From: a virus
Reading direction: 5' to 3' (one strand)
IMG/VR virus record: IMGVR_UViG_3300021139_001840
Coordinates: 1 to 64,000 of that record
DNA: 64,000 nucleotides
In this document: in pieces, positions 29,401 to 38,875 of the stretch
How positions within the stretch are numbered: the stretch's first letter is position 1
Layout of the letters: every line of letters starts with the position of its first letter
Program-made: the position numbers and the translations under genes
The notes under the pieces: model-generated
Databases searched by the model: none
What the model saw: the letters and a program-made list of their open reading frames with translations, nothing else
Told to the model about the DNA's origin: nothing

Positions 29401-30055
29401 AACATCAACTACGTTTGACATAAATTATCATTATACTGTTTTTGTACAATCAGCAGGGACAGGATATAGAGTTGGGGATCGAATTAAAATTTTAGGTACC
29501 AGTTTAGGCGGAGCTAGCCCGTACAATGATGCCGTTATGACTGTGGATACAGTAAACAATGCGGGCGGGATTGTCAATGCGTTTTACGAAGGAACAGCTT
29601 CTGTATTAGCATATAATAATAGTTATACTAATATAGCAGGGATAAACATTACAGGCACAGGATCAGGAGCACGTTGGGATTTAATAATTGTTCCAGGATT
29701 GGGTGCTACGATTCCTGCATATGTAGTTTGGAATAACGATAACAACCAACAATTAGGATGGTATAATAATTATTTTGAAATTGTTAATTGGGGATCCAGT
29801 ATTGGAACTACTGTATTTGATACACAATTTGACGGAGGCAGTTTAACCTTTACTGCCCCTGCTGATCGAGATACTAATACTAATGCCTATGACAAATATT
29901 TGTTATTCCCTAAAAAGAATATTTTACAAAGTTTACCACAAACTGGAGTTGGCCCTTACCCAGGCCCTGGCGTAGTTTATTGGATCAATGAATATAATGA
30001 ACTTATATCATGGGTAAATAACCTAAATCAGCCAATACCTTGGGCACACACTTAA
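26462..30055 (+). CDS. Large baseplate/structural protein with Ig-like (LPxGL) repeats and SPRY/ConA-like insert
   Basis: Repeated W.TP.G.LG and LPPGLTL...G.ISG; insert WDPAKVGPNIILSNNNLTA. Confidence 0.7.
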   Translation: MATQPVWITPAGSLGTVPEGAFYQVPLQVTDSVTIAITSLVSNGNTVTVTYGALTSIPFQRGDTVVVASVNPSAYNGNYTATSSSLTQTTFTCSVTDAWIGGGTVSDIPSTVYFEPVAGALPSGIECTLDGVIQGVPNNIVTVADEVVIAGRNVTSKFAIRAYTETVVNNIIVVNRLADRTFTITVAGQNAPQWITPPGRIGEYWDGELLEPGLQLQYVNDNNTGVPPAISLVSGRLPPGLTLSSTGLISGYIGLNPIISTTPGFSRAGQGFSVYPFDFNAETQNANYEFVLRVTDGKTSALQTFSMFVWSTATFTADTTLITADDSYLTASIANVNVPVLNNIQGSIGSAPSDTFFAYKFTGEDINGDEIRYSGLNIPPGLYLDPVSGWLSGYLPGIGLTETVYNFKIQVYIYATPSVISDPYQYSLTSIGPISTEVIWVTPSNLGSIVNGGTSLFYVEATTTAGLPLEYRLESGSDSTLPQGLTLLPSGNIVGRVSFNIFTLDSGATTIDRNSTTFDLTYTFTVNAYSVNGYVNVFKSFTINVVPVYNTPYNNLYIECMPPVPDRQLIGNLLQNISIFTPSLIYRPDDYNFGVSDNVIYYHAYGLNAVSLNYYIESLQLNHYWKNLTLGKIKTAQAVDPVTGKVIYEVVYSEVIDNLVNNNGVSVGKEVVLPYAITETISWIWDPAKVGPNIILSNNNLTAAANSSDNEYDSVLGNYAITPGTKVMFSLTQEAWAPEFESTGIGIGNASTNIQAWVGYDNNSGGFYDDGTYWTNGNNLISGYPAFEISPLIIDVAVDRVNNLMWIRVNGGLWNNSTVADPGAALGGVDISNIAGDVYPCYTPYYYAGIGSQATINPSALYGVPLGYTFIAVSTSTDVVYPNALTNMRDQVIDVVGQESDMLPLWMLSTQSNGHILGFTPAWVIAYTVPGASGQIQYNIETQFGTQLNQIDFEADRYELDNALTQNWDADTQQWIPTPPTSTTFDINYHYTVFVQSAGTGYRVGDRIKILGTSLGGASPYNDAVMTVDTVNNAGGIVNAFYEGTASVLAYNNSYTNIAGINITGTGSGARWDLIIVPGLGATIPAYVVWNNDNNQQLGWYNNYFEIVNWGSSIGTTVFDTQFDGGSLTFTAPADRDTNTNAYDKYLLFPKKNILQSLPQTGVGPYPGPGVVYWINEYNELISWVNNLNQPIPWAHT

Positions 30056-30089
30056 ACATAAATATATTAAACTATTTTAGGATAAAAAA

Positions 30090-31868
30090 ATGACGGTACC
30101 ATATACTTTTGCCAATCAAACTGGTCCAATACCTTTAGCGGAACTTGACGCTAATTTTGCTGCAGTTCCCAATTACGCTAATGCAGCTGGAAGGGTTGTA
30201 GAAAATTCGCAACCAAATATTACATCTGTTGGTACGCTGACATCAGTTACGTCAACTGGAAATATTACAGGAAATTATTTTATTGGAAACGGCAGTCATT
30301 TAACAGGGGTAATTGCGTCTGGAGGAACTATTGATTGGGCCAACATTGGTAATATTTCTAATCAAAATGGACCAAGTTATATATGGATTGGCACAAATGC
30401 TGGTGACGTCTCTAACGTTGCTATTGATACTATTGCCATTGGAAATTCTGCTGGTAATAATTTTCAAGGTACGAATGCTATATCACTTGGTTCATTTGCA
30501 GGGTCAAACACACAAGGGGTTTATTCAATAGCAGTAGGACGTCTTGCTGCCAGCACGGCACAAGGTGGAAATTCTATTGCTATTGGACACTCCGCCGGTA
30601 ATAATAATCAAGGTGCTAATGTAGTTTCCATTGGTTATTTGTCGGGTAATTTAAACTCGGGTGACGATAGTATAGCCATAGGGACCCAGTCTGGGTACAA
30701 CACTCAAGGTAACGGTGCCGTTGCAATTGGACGTTTTGCTGGGAATAACACACAAGGGGCTAATTCAGTAGCACTAGGTCGTAACTCAGGCAACCTATTT
30801 CAAGGGAACGAAGCAGTAGCAATTGGACATAGCGCAGGTAACAATAATCAAGGATTTGGAGCAGTTGCTATTGGAGCATATGCTGGTAATAATTTTCAAG
30901 GGGCGAATTCTATTGCCATAGGAGCTTATGCTGGCTATCCAACAGTAGCCAATAATTCTATTATAATTAATGGATTAGACGTACCATTTGCCGCCACAAA
31001 TGCAGGGCTATACATAGCGCCAATAAGAAATATTACGTTATCTAATATAAGTGTTTTACAATATAATTCAGTGGATTCAGAAATAGTAGCATCTAATTCT
31101 CTTGCTTTGTCAGGTAATGTAAGTGCTAATTATTTTATTGGAAACGGCAGTCAATTAACTGGCATTAGTGCTGGAAACGTTGTCGGGGCTTATGGAAATT
31201 CTAATGTAGCGGCATATATGCCAACATATAATGGAGCGTTGGGATCAGTTAGTACTGTTACAGCAACTGGCAATATAGTTGGTTCAACTATATTATCTAC
31301 AGGAGTTGTTAGTGCTAACGGAAATGTTCGCGGTGGAAATATTAACACAACCGGATTAATAACTGCTACTGGCAACGTAACTGGTGGTAACATAACCACT
31401 GTGGGTCTCGTAACAGCTACTGGCAATATCGCTGGTAGCTATTTTATTGGAAACGGAGCATTTTTAACTGGGGTTTCTAATGTTGGAATGGCCAGTAGAA
31501 CTCAAATTACAATTACTACACCTAGTTTAGCTGCCAATGCTGCCGCAAATATTATTGTAAATGGATTCAAAGGATATGCTCTTTACAGCATACAATCAAA
31601 TGCTGGCGCTTGGGTTACTGTGTATACCTCAAATGCGGCGGCAGTTTCAGATTATACACGCACTATAAACACTGATCCTACCCCAGGATCAGGAGTAATA
31701 GCCGAAGCCGTCAGCAACGTTGCTGCCACAACAAACTTTACTCCCGGAGTTCTTGGATTTAATCTTGAATCCCCTCCAACTACGGCCATTCCCATAAAAG
31801 TAGTTAATAATGATAGCGTAACTGGAAATATATCAGTAACATTTACTTTATTACAGACTGAACAGTGA
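30090..31868 (+). CDS. Tail fibre protein with ~12 YadA-head-like repeats
   Basis: 16-aa AIAIG..AG...QG repeats; YFIGNGSQLTG and ATGNI repeats. Confidence 0.8.
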   Translation: MTVPYTFANQTGPIPLAELDANFAAVPNYANAAGRVVENSQPNITSVGTLTSVTSTGNITGNYFIGNGSHLTGVIASGGTIDWANIGNISNQNGPSYIWIGTNAGDVSNVAIDTIAIGNSAGNNFQGTNAISLGSFAGSNTQGVYSIAVGRLAASTAQGGNSIAIGHSAGNNNQGANVVSIGYLSGNLNSGDDSIAIGTQSGYNTQGNGAVAIGRFAGNNTQGANSVALGRNSGNLFQGNEAVAIGHSAGNNNQGFGAVAIGAYAGNNFQGANSIAIGAYAGYPTVANNSIIINGLDVPFAATNAGLYIAPIRNITLSNISVLQYNSVDSEIVASNSLALSGNVSANYFIGNGSQLTGISAGNVVGAYGNSNVAAYMPTYNGALGSVSTVTATGNIVGSTILSTGVVSANGNVRGGNINTTGLITATGNVTGGNITTVGLVTATGNIAGSYFIGNGAFLTGVSNVGMASRTQITITTPSLAANAAANIIVNGFKGYALYSIQSNAGAWVTVYTSNAAAVSDYTRTINTDPTPGSGVIAEAVSNVAATTNFTPGVLGFNLESPPTTAIPIKVVNNDSVTGNISVTFTLLQTEQ

Positions 31869-31869
31869 T

Positions 31870-31989
31870 ATGTCTTTATTGACTGATCTTAATACCCCAA
31901 TAATGATCAGTGTATATCTTAAAAGAGATACACATGATACAAGACCTTCTACGGGGCAAACTTTCCCCAGAGTAAACAACTTTTATTAA
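31870..31989 (+). pseudogene. 39-codon ORF, possible deletion remnant
   Basis: MSLLTDLNTPIMISVYLKRDTHDTRPSTGQTFPRVNNFY, directly after the fibre stop. Confidence 0.3.
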
Positions 31990-32043
31990 TTTTGTTTAGA
32001 TACTAAAATAACTAAATACAGCAACAACTAGGAACAGTAAAAA

Positions 32044-32922
32044 ATGACTTCACAAATTAACCCGAATAACATTAATGGCGCTTACCCAGTAGCTGGTCAG
32101 GACAATAATTCGCAAGGTTTTCGTGATAATTTCACGAACACTTCAACAAATTTTCAATACGCTGCAAATGAAATTACTGATTTGCAAAACAAAGCTATTG
32201 TAAACGCTCAATTGACAGGCGGTAGCGCATTGACTACACAAAATAACATGTTAAATTCGCCGTTGCTTAATGCCTTAATTAGTGATTTTGCCGCTACTAC
32301 TGTAAATTTGGGAGTGTTGTCAGGTACTGTTACAATTAACTATGTTTCAGGGCATTATCAAACTGTTACTACTGGGGCCAGTTTAACTTTAGGTTTTACT
32401 AATTTCCCCATCGCAGGCCAAATGGGATTGGTAACTGTACAAATTACCGTAACTGACATTGCTTATACTGTAACTTTCCCCACTGCCGTAAGTGTTAATA
32501 CAACAGGTGTTCAAGGATTAGATCCTGCCACAAACATAATGGAATTTGCGGCTACAGGAGTTTATACATTTACATTTGTAACTTCCGATGGCGGAACTAC
32601 TGTTACACTTTCACAAGCCAACCAATCGCTAACACCATTTAATGCCAGTAGTGAAAGTTTAGCTAGTGCCGGAGCTGCAAACTTGGCTGTTACCACAAGT
32701 TATTTTACCACAGCTGGTACAGCTACACTAGCCAATGGTGTTGAAGGACAAATCAAAGTGTTTACACAAACTTTTGCAGGTTCAATGGTAGTTACTGTTG
32801 CCACCCCAGGATGGGGCGGAGCCGGTCACATTACTTTAGGTTCAACTGGAACTGGTTGTACACTTCAATATACCAATTCAGCTTGGTGGTGTATTGGCAA
32901 CAATGGTTGTGTGTTTGCCTAA
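32044..32922 (+). CDS. Virion structural protein
   Basis: YPVAGQDNNSQGFRDNF...EITDLQ; beta-rich; TAAATA promoter. Confidence 0.7.
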   Translation: MTSQINPNNINGAYPVAGQDNNSQGFRDNFTNTSTNFQYAANEITDLQNKAIVNAQLTGGSALTTQNNMLNSPLLNALISDFAATTVNLGVLSGTVTINYVSGHYQTVTTGASLTLGFTNFPIAGQMGLVTVQITVTDIAYTVTFPTAVSVNTTGVQGLDPATNIMEFAATGVYTFTFVTSDGGTTVTLSQANQSLTPFNASSESLASAGAANLAVTTSYFTTAGTATLANGVEGQIKVFTQTFAGSMVVTVATPGWGGAGHITLGSTGTGCTLQYTNSAWWCIGNNGCVFA

Positions 32923-32966
32923 TCAAAACTATTGATTTACTGACAAAAATCCTATACAATTAGGAT

Positions 32967-33200
32967 ATGGACTACCCCGAACACCCACTAATTCCTAGCC
33001 TTGATGCTCTCACTACCGAAGAGCTCAGTGAAAAAATCACTGAATTAAATAAAAAACTTGCAATTGCTTATCGTATTGGCAATAATGATTTATGTAATCA
33101 ATTGCGTATGTCATTGAACACTTATCAAACCAAATACACACAAAAAATGCGTACCGATCAAACCGGTACCGATTTTAATGGAATCATAGATATTTCATGA
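32967..33200 (+). CDS. Hypothetical coiled-coil protein
   Basis: TTGATT-17-TACAAT (32932-32960), ATG 6 nt downstream. Confidence 0.7.
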   Translation: MDYPEHPLIPSLDALTTEELSEKITELNKKLAIAYRIGNNDLCNQLRMSLNTYQTKYTQKMRTDQTGTDFNGIIDIS

Positions 33201-33814
33201 ATGTGAGAATACAATTCCCTGTAAACTTTACAGCAGGCATTTTTTATAATGGAAAAATGCAAATGAACAATTACACAGCTAAAATTTACATGATGACTAA
33301 TACTCCAGATGGAGATGCCAACAATGTAGCATTTGAACGTGTAAAGCATTTTATCTACAATGAACTTGATAGTTCTATTTTTATTAGCAGTGAGTATGAA
33401 GAGCAATGTAAAAAATATTTAGAAGCTGGAATTAAAATTACTACGTTTCCCGGAGATCCTGTAGACCAACTAGTGGGTATTATGCTGCATTTTAAATTAT
33501 CTGCCATTGCGGAAGAACGACTCCTTGTTGGCGAGGTGGAATTAAGCAGCGTACTTGGTGATGGATTGATTTATGTACACAGTGAAATTGAAAATATAAA
33601 TGATGTAGAAGTACCTGAATGGTGGGATACTGTGGATTTGGTACATTGTGACACGGACTTGATTGATTCCGATAAAATTGTTACAATGCATCACAGTAGC
33701 GTTTGGCGTGAATTAGACCTACAATGGCCCGATATCAAAGACGTTGCCATTGATAAAGAGGAAGAAAACACAGTGGTATTTGCTGATTTTAAACGAAAAG
33801 ATGAAACAGAATAA
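33197..33814 (+). CDS. Hypothetical protein
   Basis: ATGA-coupled 205-aa ORF. Confidence 0.75.
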   Translation: MNVRIQFPVNFTAGIFYNGKMQMNNYTAKIYMMTNTPDGDANNVAFERVKHFIYNELDSSIFISSEYEEQCKKYLEAGIKITTFPGDPVDQLVGIMLHFKLSAIAEERLLVGEVELSSVLGDGLIYVHSEIENINDVEVPEWWDTVDLVHCDTDLIDSDKIVTMHHSSVWRELDLQWPDIKDVAIDKEEENTVVFADFKRKDETE

Positions 33815-34319
33815 TTACGGTGAAATGATTTTTGACAACAACGATGTAGCTGATTTGCTTATGCAAGGTCGTGAAGTTGAATCATTAAATGGCATGTTAG
33901 TAGACAGCACAGTTAATATTGAAAAAATAGTTGAATTTGTAGAAGACTTTCCCAACAAATTCGTTTATTATAATTATGTTGATGATGCACTTATTCCAGA
34001 ATGGGATCATGTACAACAACAAAACTGGCATATGCCACAAGCGTACAAAGATTTAGACATTGCCGAATATATTTTGTCTTTATGTAGTAATGAAACAGAG
34101 TTACAAAGATGCGCTGAAGAATTGCTATTATATCAGGAACGTGATTTATTCAATTTACTCAAATATTTGAAGTATTTGGTAGATTTAATGACCAAAAATC
34201 ATGTAATTTGGGGAGTTGGTCGCGGTAGCTCCACAGCTTCATATGTACTTTATAAATTAGGCGTACATAAAATTGACTCAATTTTTTACAAATTAAATAT
34301 CAACGAATTTTTACGTTAA
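33801..34319 (+). CDS. Short DNA polymerase III alpha (DnaE) palm-like protein
   Basis: WGVGRGSSTASYVLYKLGVHKID resembles DnaE GPGRGS..GSLV.Y.L.IT.ID. Confidence 0.75.
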   Translation: MKQNNYGEMIFDNNDVADLLMQGREVESLNGMLVDSTVNIEKIVEFVEDFPNKFVYYNYVDDALIPEWDHVQQQNWHMPQAYKDLDIAEYILSLCSNETELQRCAEELLLYQERDLFNLLKYLKYLVDLMTKNHVIWGVGRGSSTASYVLYKLGVHKIDSIFYKLNINEFLR

Positions 34320-34346
34320 ATACAACGAGAATTTAGGAGAAAGATT

Positions 34347-34736
34347 ATGACACAAAAAATTTACAAAAGTTCCAGAGGTAAAACAATTGATATGGGCGCT
34401 CTACGTCTTCAAAATGAACACGTTCGTGCTGTTGGTAATATGAGTGTTAATGCCCGCGGAGATCGTATTGACGCCCAAGGCAAAGTAATAGATTCAAAAA
34501 GTCAGCAAGTAACACGACGTATTCAACGTCAAACTAATGTAACCGAAGGACCGGTACATACAAGCAGTCGCGATGCTGCCGCACATCAACCTGCTCCTAC
34601 AGTAGTAAAAGCTCCTGTTGCTCCTGTAGTAGAAAATATTCCCGTTGAATCGGTCTCTGATTCAACGGATCCTAAAGAAACTGGCGGCTTGGCTGGTGCC
34701 ATTGCTCGTTCCAAAAAACAAAAAGAAACAAAATGA
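34347..34736 (+). CDS. Hypothetical protein
   Basis: AGGAG SD; TAAATA; AVGNMSVNARGD. Confidence 0.75.
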   Translation: MTQKIYKSSRGKTIDMGALRLQNEHVRAVGNMSVNARGDRIDAQGKVIDSKSQQVTRRIQRQTNVTEGPVHTSSRDAAAHQPAPTVVKAPVAPVVENIPVESVSDSTDPKETGGLAGAIARSKKQKETK

Positions 34737-35128
34737 AACCAGCATTTTCACCACACAAGTTACGCAAGGAACAAATTGTAGCAGTAAAAGATCATATCCT
34801 AGTTTCAGATATGGCATTCGATGTGCGTATTACTAACGGTGGTATTTGGTTGCCAAACGATAACGGCAAAGGACATGGTATTCGCCCACGATGGGGTCGC
34901 GTTTATGCCGTGGGTCCTAAACAACAAGATGTAAAAGTTGGGCAATGGATTCTAGTTGAACATGGGCGTTGGACTCGTGGCTTGGAAATCGAAGATGAAA
35001 CGGGCGAGCGTACAATTCGCAAGGTTGATCCAAAATGTATTATGATGGTGTCCGATGAAAAAGAATGCCCAGACGTTGAAGGCATCTCTAGTGCGGTACA
35101 CATCGAAAAACAAGAAATGCCAACTTAA
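34733..35128 (+). CDS. GroES/Cpn10-like co-chaperonin
   Basis: DHILV...TNGGIWLP...GRVYAVGP....VKVGQWILV. Confidence 0.8.
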   Translation: MKPAFSPHKLRKEQIVAVKDHILVSDMAFDVRITNGGIWLPNDNGKGHGIRPRWGRVYAVGPKQQDVKVGQWILVEHGRWTRGLEIEDETGERTIRKVDPKCIMMVSDEKECPDVEGISSAVHIEKQEMPT

Positions 35129-35174
35129 CCAAAGTTTATTGTAAAATAGGGTATTAGACAATATAATATACTTT

Positions 35175-35441
35175 ATGAAACAAGAAAAATGTACAGCTTG
35201 TGGGCAATTTCCAAAAATTAATTGTAATTGGAAACAAGGTCGATGCCCACATTTGCCACCATTAATTAAAGGAACTGTTATGAATCATAGAAATATTAGC
35301 CTCATTAAAAGTGTATTTAGAATTGTGGCTGGTCTAGCACTTGCTGGCGGTGGGTGGCTAGAAATGAATCCATATATTCAAGCGGCTGGGTACATACTAG
35401 TGTTTGCTGAAATTTTAGGAATTGCCGAGGAATTGGTTTAA
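35175..35441 (+). CDS. Small membrane protein with Cys-rich N-terminus
   Basis: TTGTAA-17-TATAAT promoter. Alternative start at 35280 (AAGGA SD). Confidence 0.6.
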   Translation: MKQEKCTACGQFPKINCNWKQGRCPHLPPLIKGTVMNHRNISLIKSVFRIVAGLALAGGGWLEMNPYIQAAGYILVFAEILGIAEELV

Positions 35442-35617
35442 TGGCTTTAGGTGGTGATGGCGGCAAAGGTCATGGGCGCAGACCACAGCTTGCGCCAAAT
35501 GACGTAGTTGAATCAAACTGGGAAAAAATATTTGGAACTAAAAAGCCCGACCCTAATAATAAAAAACAACCGCATAAGGAAAATATAAATGCAATCCCTT
35601 TGGACAGAAAAATTTAG
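35441..35617 (+). CDS. Small protein (58 aa; not in ORF track)
   Basis: GAGGA SD; GGKGHGRRP...NWEKIFG. Confidence 0.6.
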   Translation: MALGGDGGKGHGRRPQLAPNDVVESNWEKIFGTKKPDPNNKKQPHKENINAIPLDRKI

Positions 35618-36509
35618 ACCTAATACCACAGAAGGTTATGTGTTTACAGACGAAAGTCAACGGCAACAAGTTTTAGCATGGATTAAACAAGGTAGTATTC
35701 CTCACTTGTTATTATCCGGCAGTCCTGGCACAGGCAAAACTACATTAGCCAAACTTCTAATCAACGAGTTAGGTGTAGATGAATATGATGTTATGTCTGC
35801 TAATGGATCTAAAGATGCTCGCAAAGTTGAATGGATTGACAAACTAATTGGATTTTGTAGTACTATGCCATTTGGTAAGTTTAAAGTGGTACTAATTGAT
35901 GAAGCTGACTATATGAATATTAATTCTGTACAGCCAGCACTTCGTAACTTAATGGAAGACTATGCTGAATCAGTTCGTTTTATATTAACTTGTAATTATC
36001 CCAACAAAATTATGCCGGCCATACATAGTCGTTGTCAAGGTTTCCATATTGAAAAAACAGATATTACAGAGTTTACTGCTCGTGTAGCAACTGTATTAGT
36101 GACTGAGGAAGTTGAATTTGATTTAGACACACTAGATTCTTATGTGCGTGCCACTTACCCAGACTTGCGCAAATGTTTAAATTTAGTACAACCCAATAGC
36201 ATGACCGGCACTTTAGTTAAACCAGGCGACAATGATCAGTCAGTTAAAGATTGGAAGCTAGACGCTGTAGCATTATTTAAAGCTGGTAAAATTATAGAAG
36301 CTAGGAAACTGATGTGTAGTCAAGCAAGTACTGAAGACATGGATTCCATGTTTAGATGGATGTACGATAATTTGGATTTGTGGAGCACGGATACGCACAA
36401 GCAAGATCAAGCAATTATAATCATACGCAATGGTCTAATAAATGTGCCTCTAGTCAGTGATCAAGAAATTAATATTTCGGCAACACTTACGGAATTATGC
36501 CAACTATGA
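35589..36509 (+). CDS. Clamp-loader AAA+ subunit (RFC small/T4 gp44-like)
   Basis: LWTEKFRP, GSPGTGKTT, IDEAD, ILTCNY, SRC. Confidence 0.92.
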   Translation: MQSLWTEKFRPNTTEGYVFTDESQRQQVLAWIKQGSIPHLLLSGSPGTGKTTLAKLLINELGVDEYDVMSANGSKDARKVEWIDKLIGFCSTMPFGKFKVVLIDEADYMNINSVQPALRNLMEDYAESVRFILTCNYPNKIMPAIHSRCQGFHIEKTDITEFTARVATVLVTEEVEFDLDTLDSYVRATYPDLRKCLNLVQPNSMTGTLVKPGDNDQSVKDWKLDAVALFKAGKIIEARKLMCSQASTEDMDSMFRWMYDNLDLWSTDTHKQDQAIIIIRNGLINVPLVSDQEINISATLTELCQL

Positions 36510-36796
36510 GATATTTGTTTTTAACATACTATACGCAAGCTTCGGGTAAAATTGACGAAGCCATGACTGTGTCTAATAAAATTCGCACTCGAGACTGGCA
36601 AACAGTCAACGTTATATTAGATTTCAAGGAACAAAAAGTTATTAAAGCAGGAGTTAAAGATACTAGTATACCAAAAGATTGGGATCGTATTGTAGGATAC
36701 TATTATCCTTTTTACACTAAAATCTTTGAACGATTGTTTGAAGAAAACGGCCATGCCCTTAGTATTAAAGCAGATGCGCCTACAACAGAAAGTTAG
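36506..36796 (+). CDS. Hypothetical protein
   Basis: ATGA-coupled ORF. Confidence 0.7.
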   Translation: MRYLFLTYYTQASGKIDEAMTVSNKIRTRDWQTVNVILDFKEQKVIKAGVKDTSIPKDWDRIVGYYYPFYTKIFERLFEENGHALSIKADAPTTES

Positions 36797-36814
36797 TAAA
36801 CACTAACATATCGT

Positions 36815-36843
36815 TTGACTTTTAATTCATTTTACATTATAAT
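36815..36843 (+). promoter_or_regulatory. Sigma70-type promoter
   Basis: TTGACT-17-TATAAT; ATG 6 nt downstream. Confidence 0.85.
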
Positions 36844-36849
36844 AGTAAT

Positions 36850-37461
36850 ATGAAATCAAAATATAGAAACAGAAAAAAATTAATCCTAACTGATGCTGAC
36901 GGCTGTTTGCTGGATTGGGAGTGGGCTTTTAATGTATGGATGCAAGAACATGGTTTTGAAGAAGTTGCTGGGTCCAAATTAAACTATGACATGGCTATAC
37001 GCTATGGTATTCCTAGAGAACAAGTAGTAAAGCTGATACGCATTTTTAATGAATCTGCGGCTATTGGATTTCTTCCTGCCCAGCGCGATGCTATGTACTA
37101 TGTCAAACGGTTAGTCGAAGAACACGGATATAAATTCCATTGTATTACTTCGTTAAGTCTAGATCCTAATGCGCAAAGACTTCGTGAGATGAATCTAAGT
37201 AAGTTGTTCGGTGAACATACATTTGAACGTATCGTATGTTTAGATACCGGAGCGCACAAAGATGACGCACTAGAAGAATATGAAGGCACTGGCCTCGTTT
37301 GGATTGAGGACAAGCCAGAGAATGCTGAGGCCGGATATAAGTACGGATTAAATTCCCTACTTATAGAACATGGTCATAATTTTGAATATGCCCATCCGCA
37401 TATTAAATTAGTTAAAAATTGGAAACATATTTATAGTATAATTACAGGAGAACAGGGTTAA
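36850..37461 (+). CDS. HAD-family 5'(3')-nucleotidase-like protein
   Basis: DADGCLLDW, ITS, K, WIEDKPEN. Confidence 0.85.
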   Translation: MKSKYRNRKKLILTDADGCLLDWEWAFNVWMQEHGFEEVAGSKLNYDMAIRYGIPREQVVKLIRIFNESAAIGFLPAQRDAMYYVKRLVEEHGYKFHCITSLSLDPNAQRLREMNLSKLFGEHTFERIVCLDTGAHKDDALEEYEGTGLVWIEDKPENAEAGYKYGLNSLLIEHGHNFEYAHPHIKLVKNWKHIYSIITGEQG

Positions 37462-38071
37462 GTTTGCAATTATCATTGTGCCATCGTACTAAGTGACTTG
37501 GTTGAAACATTCCGTTACAATGAATACACTTAAATCGTTCTCTGTTTTTTGCTTTATTGCTAAGTACAGCCCGATATTCTACCGATGATCTTGACTCTGC
37601 TTGTTTCTTAATATAATCTGGATCATTCCATAGAGCTTTTACGGAATTAGTAATATTATTAATTATCACTTTTCCAGCAGGAGTAGTATATCGAGTTTGC
37701 CTTTCAATTTTCATAGTGTTGTATTGATCTGTATCCTGCCAACGGGCTATAGCACTTTTATGTTGAAGATAACTTGATTGCTCAGTTGAATTATAACTTC
37801 TGCCAGTTCCACCTGATCGTAAATTATAACAGAGCGGATTGGATAAGTTTTCGTTAATAACTTTAATTTCCTGTTGATAGGCCTCACCCTCATTGTCAAA
37901 CTCAAACAGAGTTTCACGAACAAAGTTGTCTTTTCCGTATTTTTTGATTGCTTTTGCTAATAACGATCCAGACCCGTAATATCCGTCAAATGATTCTTTA
38001 GATTGATTATGTTTGCCAATGTAAAATTTTCCATTGACTAAATTTGTAGTTTTGTATATAATAAATATCAT
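37442..38071 (-). mobile_element. Free-standing GIY-YIG (Seg-like) homing endonuclease
   Basis: IYKTTNLVNGKFYIGKH...YYGSG...AIKKYG; C-terminal CIHC...WHNDNC. Confidence 0.9.
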
Positions 38072-38139
38072 TGCTGATTGCTCCTTTAAAGCGTTAGAGT
38101 CCCTGGGTGTTTCAGCACCGCGAGGGACATCTTTATTTA
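38072..38139 (-). ncRNA. Structured 5' leader, copy 1
   Basis: TAAATA, then GUCCCU-CGC-GGUG-CUGAAA-CACC-C-AGGGAC, then CUAACGCUUUAAAGGAGCAAUCAGC. Confidence 0.75.
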
Positions 38140-38143
38140 GTGC

Positions 38144-38875
38144 TTAATCGTACATCTTTAAGATATGCGTTATCATATGATGACGCTGAATATCCTTAGA
38201 TTCAAACTCGCATAGACTAATGCCCTTTACACCCCCTTTCTTAAGTCTGGTTAGGATGTCGGCTAAGCCGTTTTTTGCGCCGGTTCGATCGGTCTGTTCG
38301 GTGTCCCCTGTCACTACTATCTTACTGCCTTCGCCAATGCGTGTTAGAAGCATGACCATTTGAGCAGGGGTCATATTTTGAGCCTCGTCAGCGATGATAA
38401 ATGCTTTTTTTAGTGATCTGCCTCTCATAAACGACAACGGAGCAATTTCAATTTTCTGATCTTCGATCATCGCTGCAATGTCTTGCGGACGATAATACTC
38501 TCTCAGTATGTCTGTAATTGGTTTAATCCACGGGTCCATTTTTTGATTTAAGTCACCCGGTAAAAATCCGTGATTTTCGTTTTCAACAGAAACTGCTGGT
38601 CTAGTTAGTACTATGCGATCTACTTCTCCTTCTCTAAAGGCTTTTATTGCCGCCAGGACGGCAAGATATGTCTTGCCTGTGCCTGCCGGACCCGCTGTTA
38701 CGACAATATACTGACTATCGTCTTGTAAAGCCAATACTAACTTTTCCTGATTTCTAGTTCTGGGAACTATGTCAATCGGGCGTTGTTTTACTGGTTTAAC
38801 TTGGTCGAAGCGTATTGTGTTTTCTGGTTGTGCCATTTGGCGTTTTTGTGATTTTACTGCTCTGTGTCTACTCAA
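38144..38875 (-). CDS. phoH: PhoH-family ATPase
   Basis: GPAGTGKT, LTRPAV, GFLPG, FMRGR, DEAQN, GDTEQTD; GGAG SD before TTG 38875. Confidence 0.95.
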   Translation of the reverse strand: MSRHRAVKSQKRQMAQPENTIRFDQVKPVKQRPIDIVPRTRNQEKLVLALQDDSQYIVVTAGPAGTGKTYLAVLAAIKAFREGEVDRIVLTRPAVSVENENHGFLPGDLNQKMDPWIKPITDILREYYRPQDIAAMIEDQKIEIAPLSFMRGRSLKKAFIIADEAQNMTPAQMVMLLTRIGEGSKIVVTGDTEQTDRTGAKNGLADILTRLKKGGVKGISLCEFESKDIQRHHMITHILKMYD

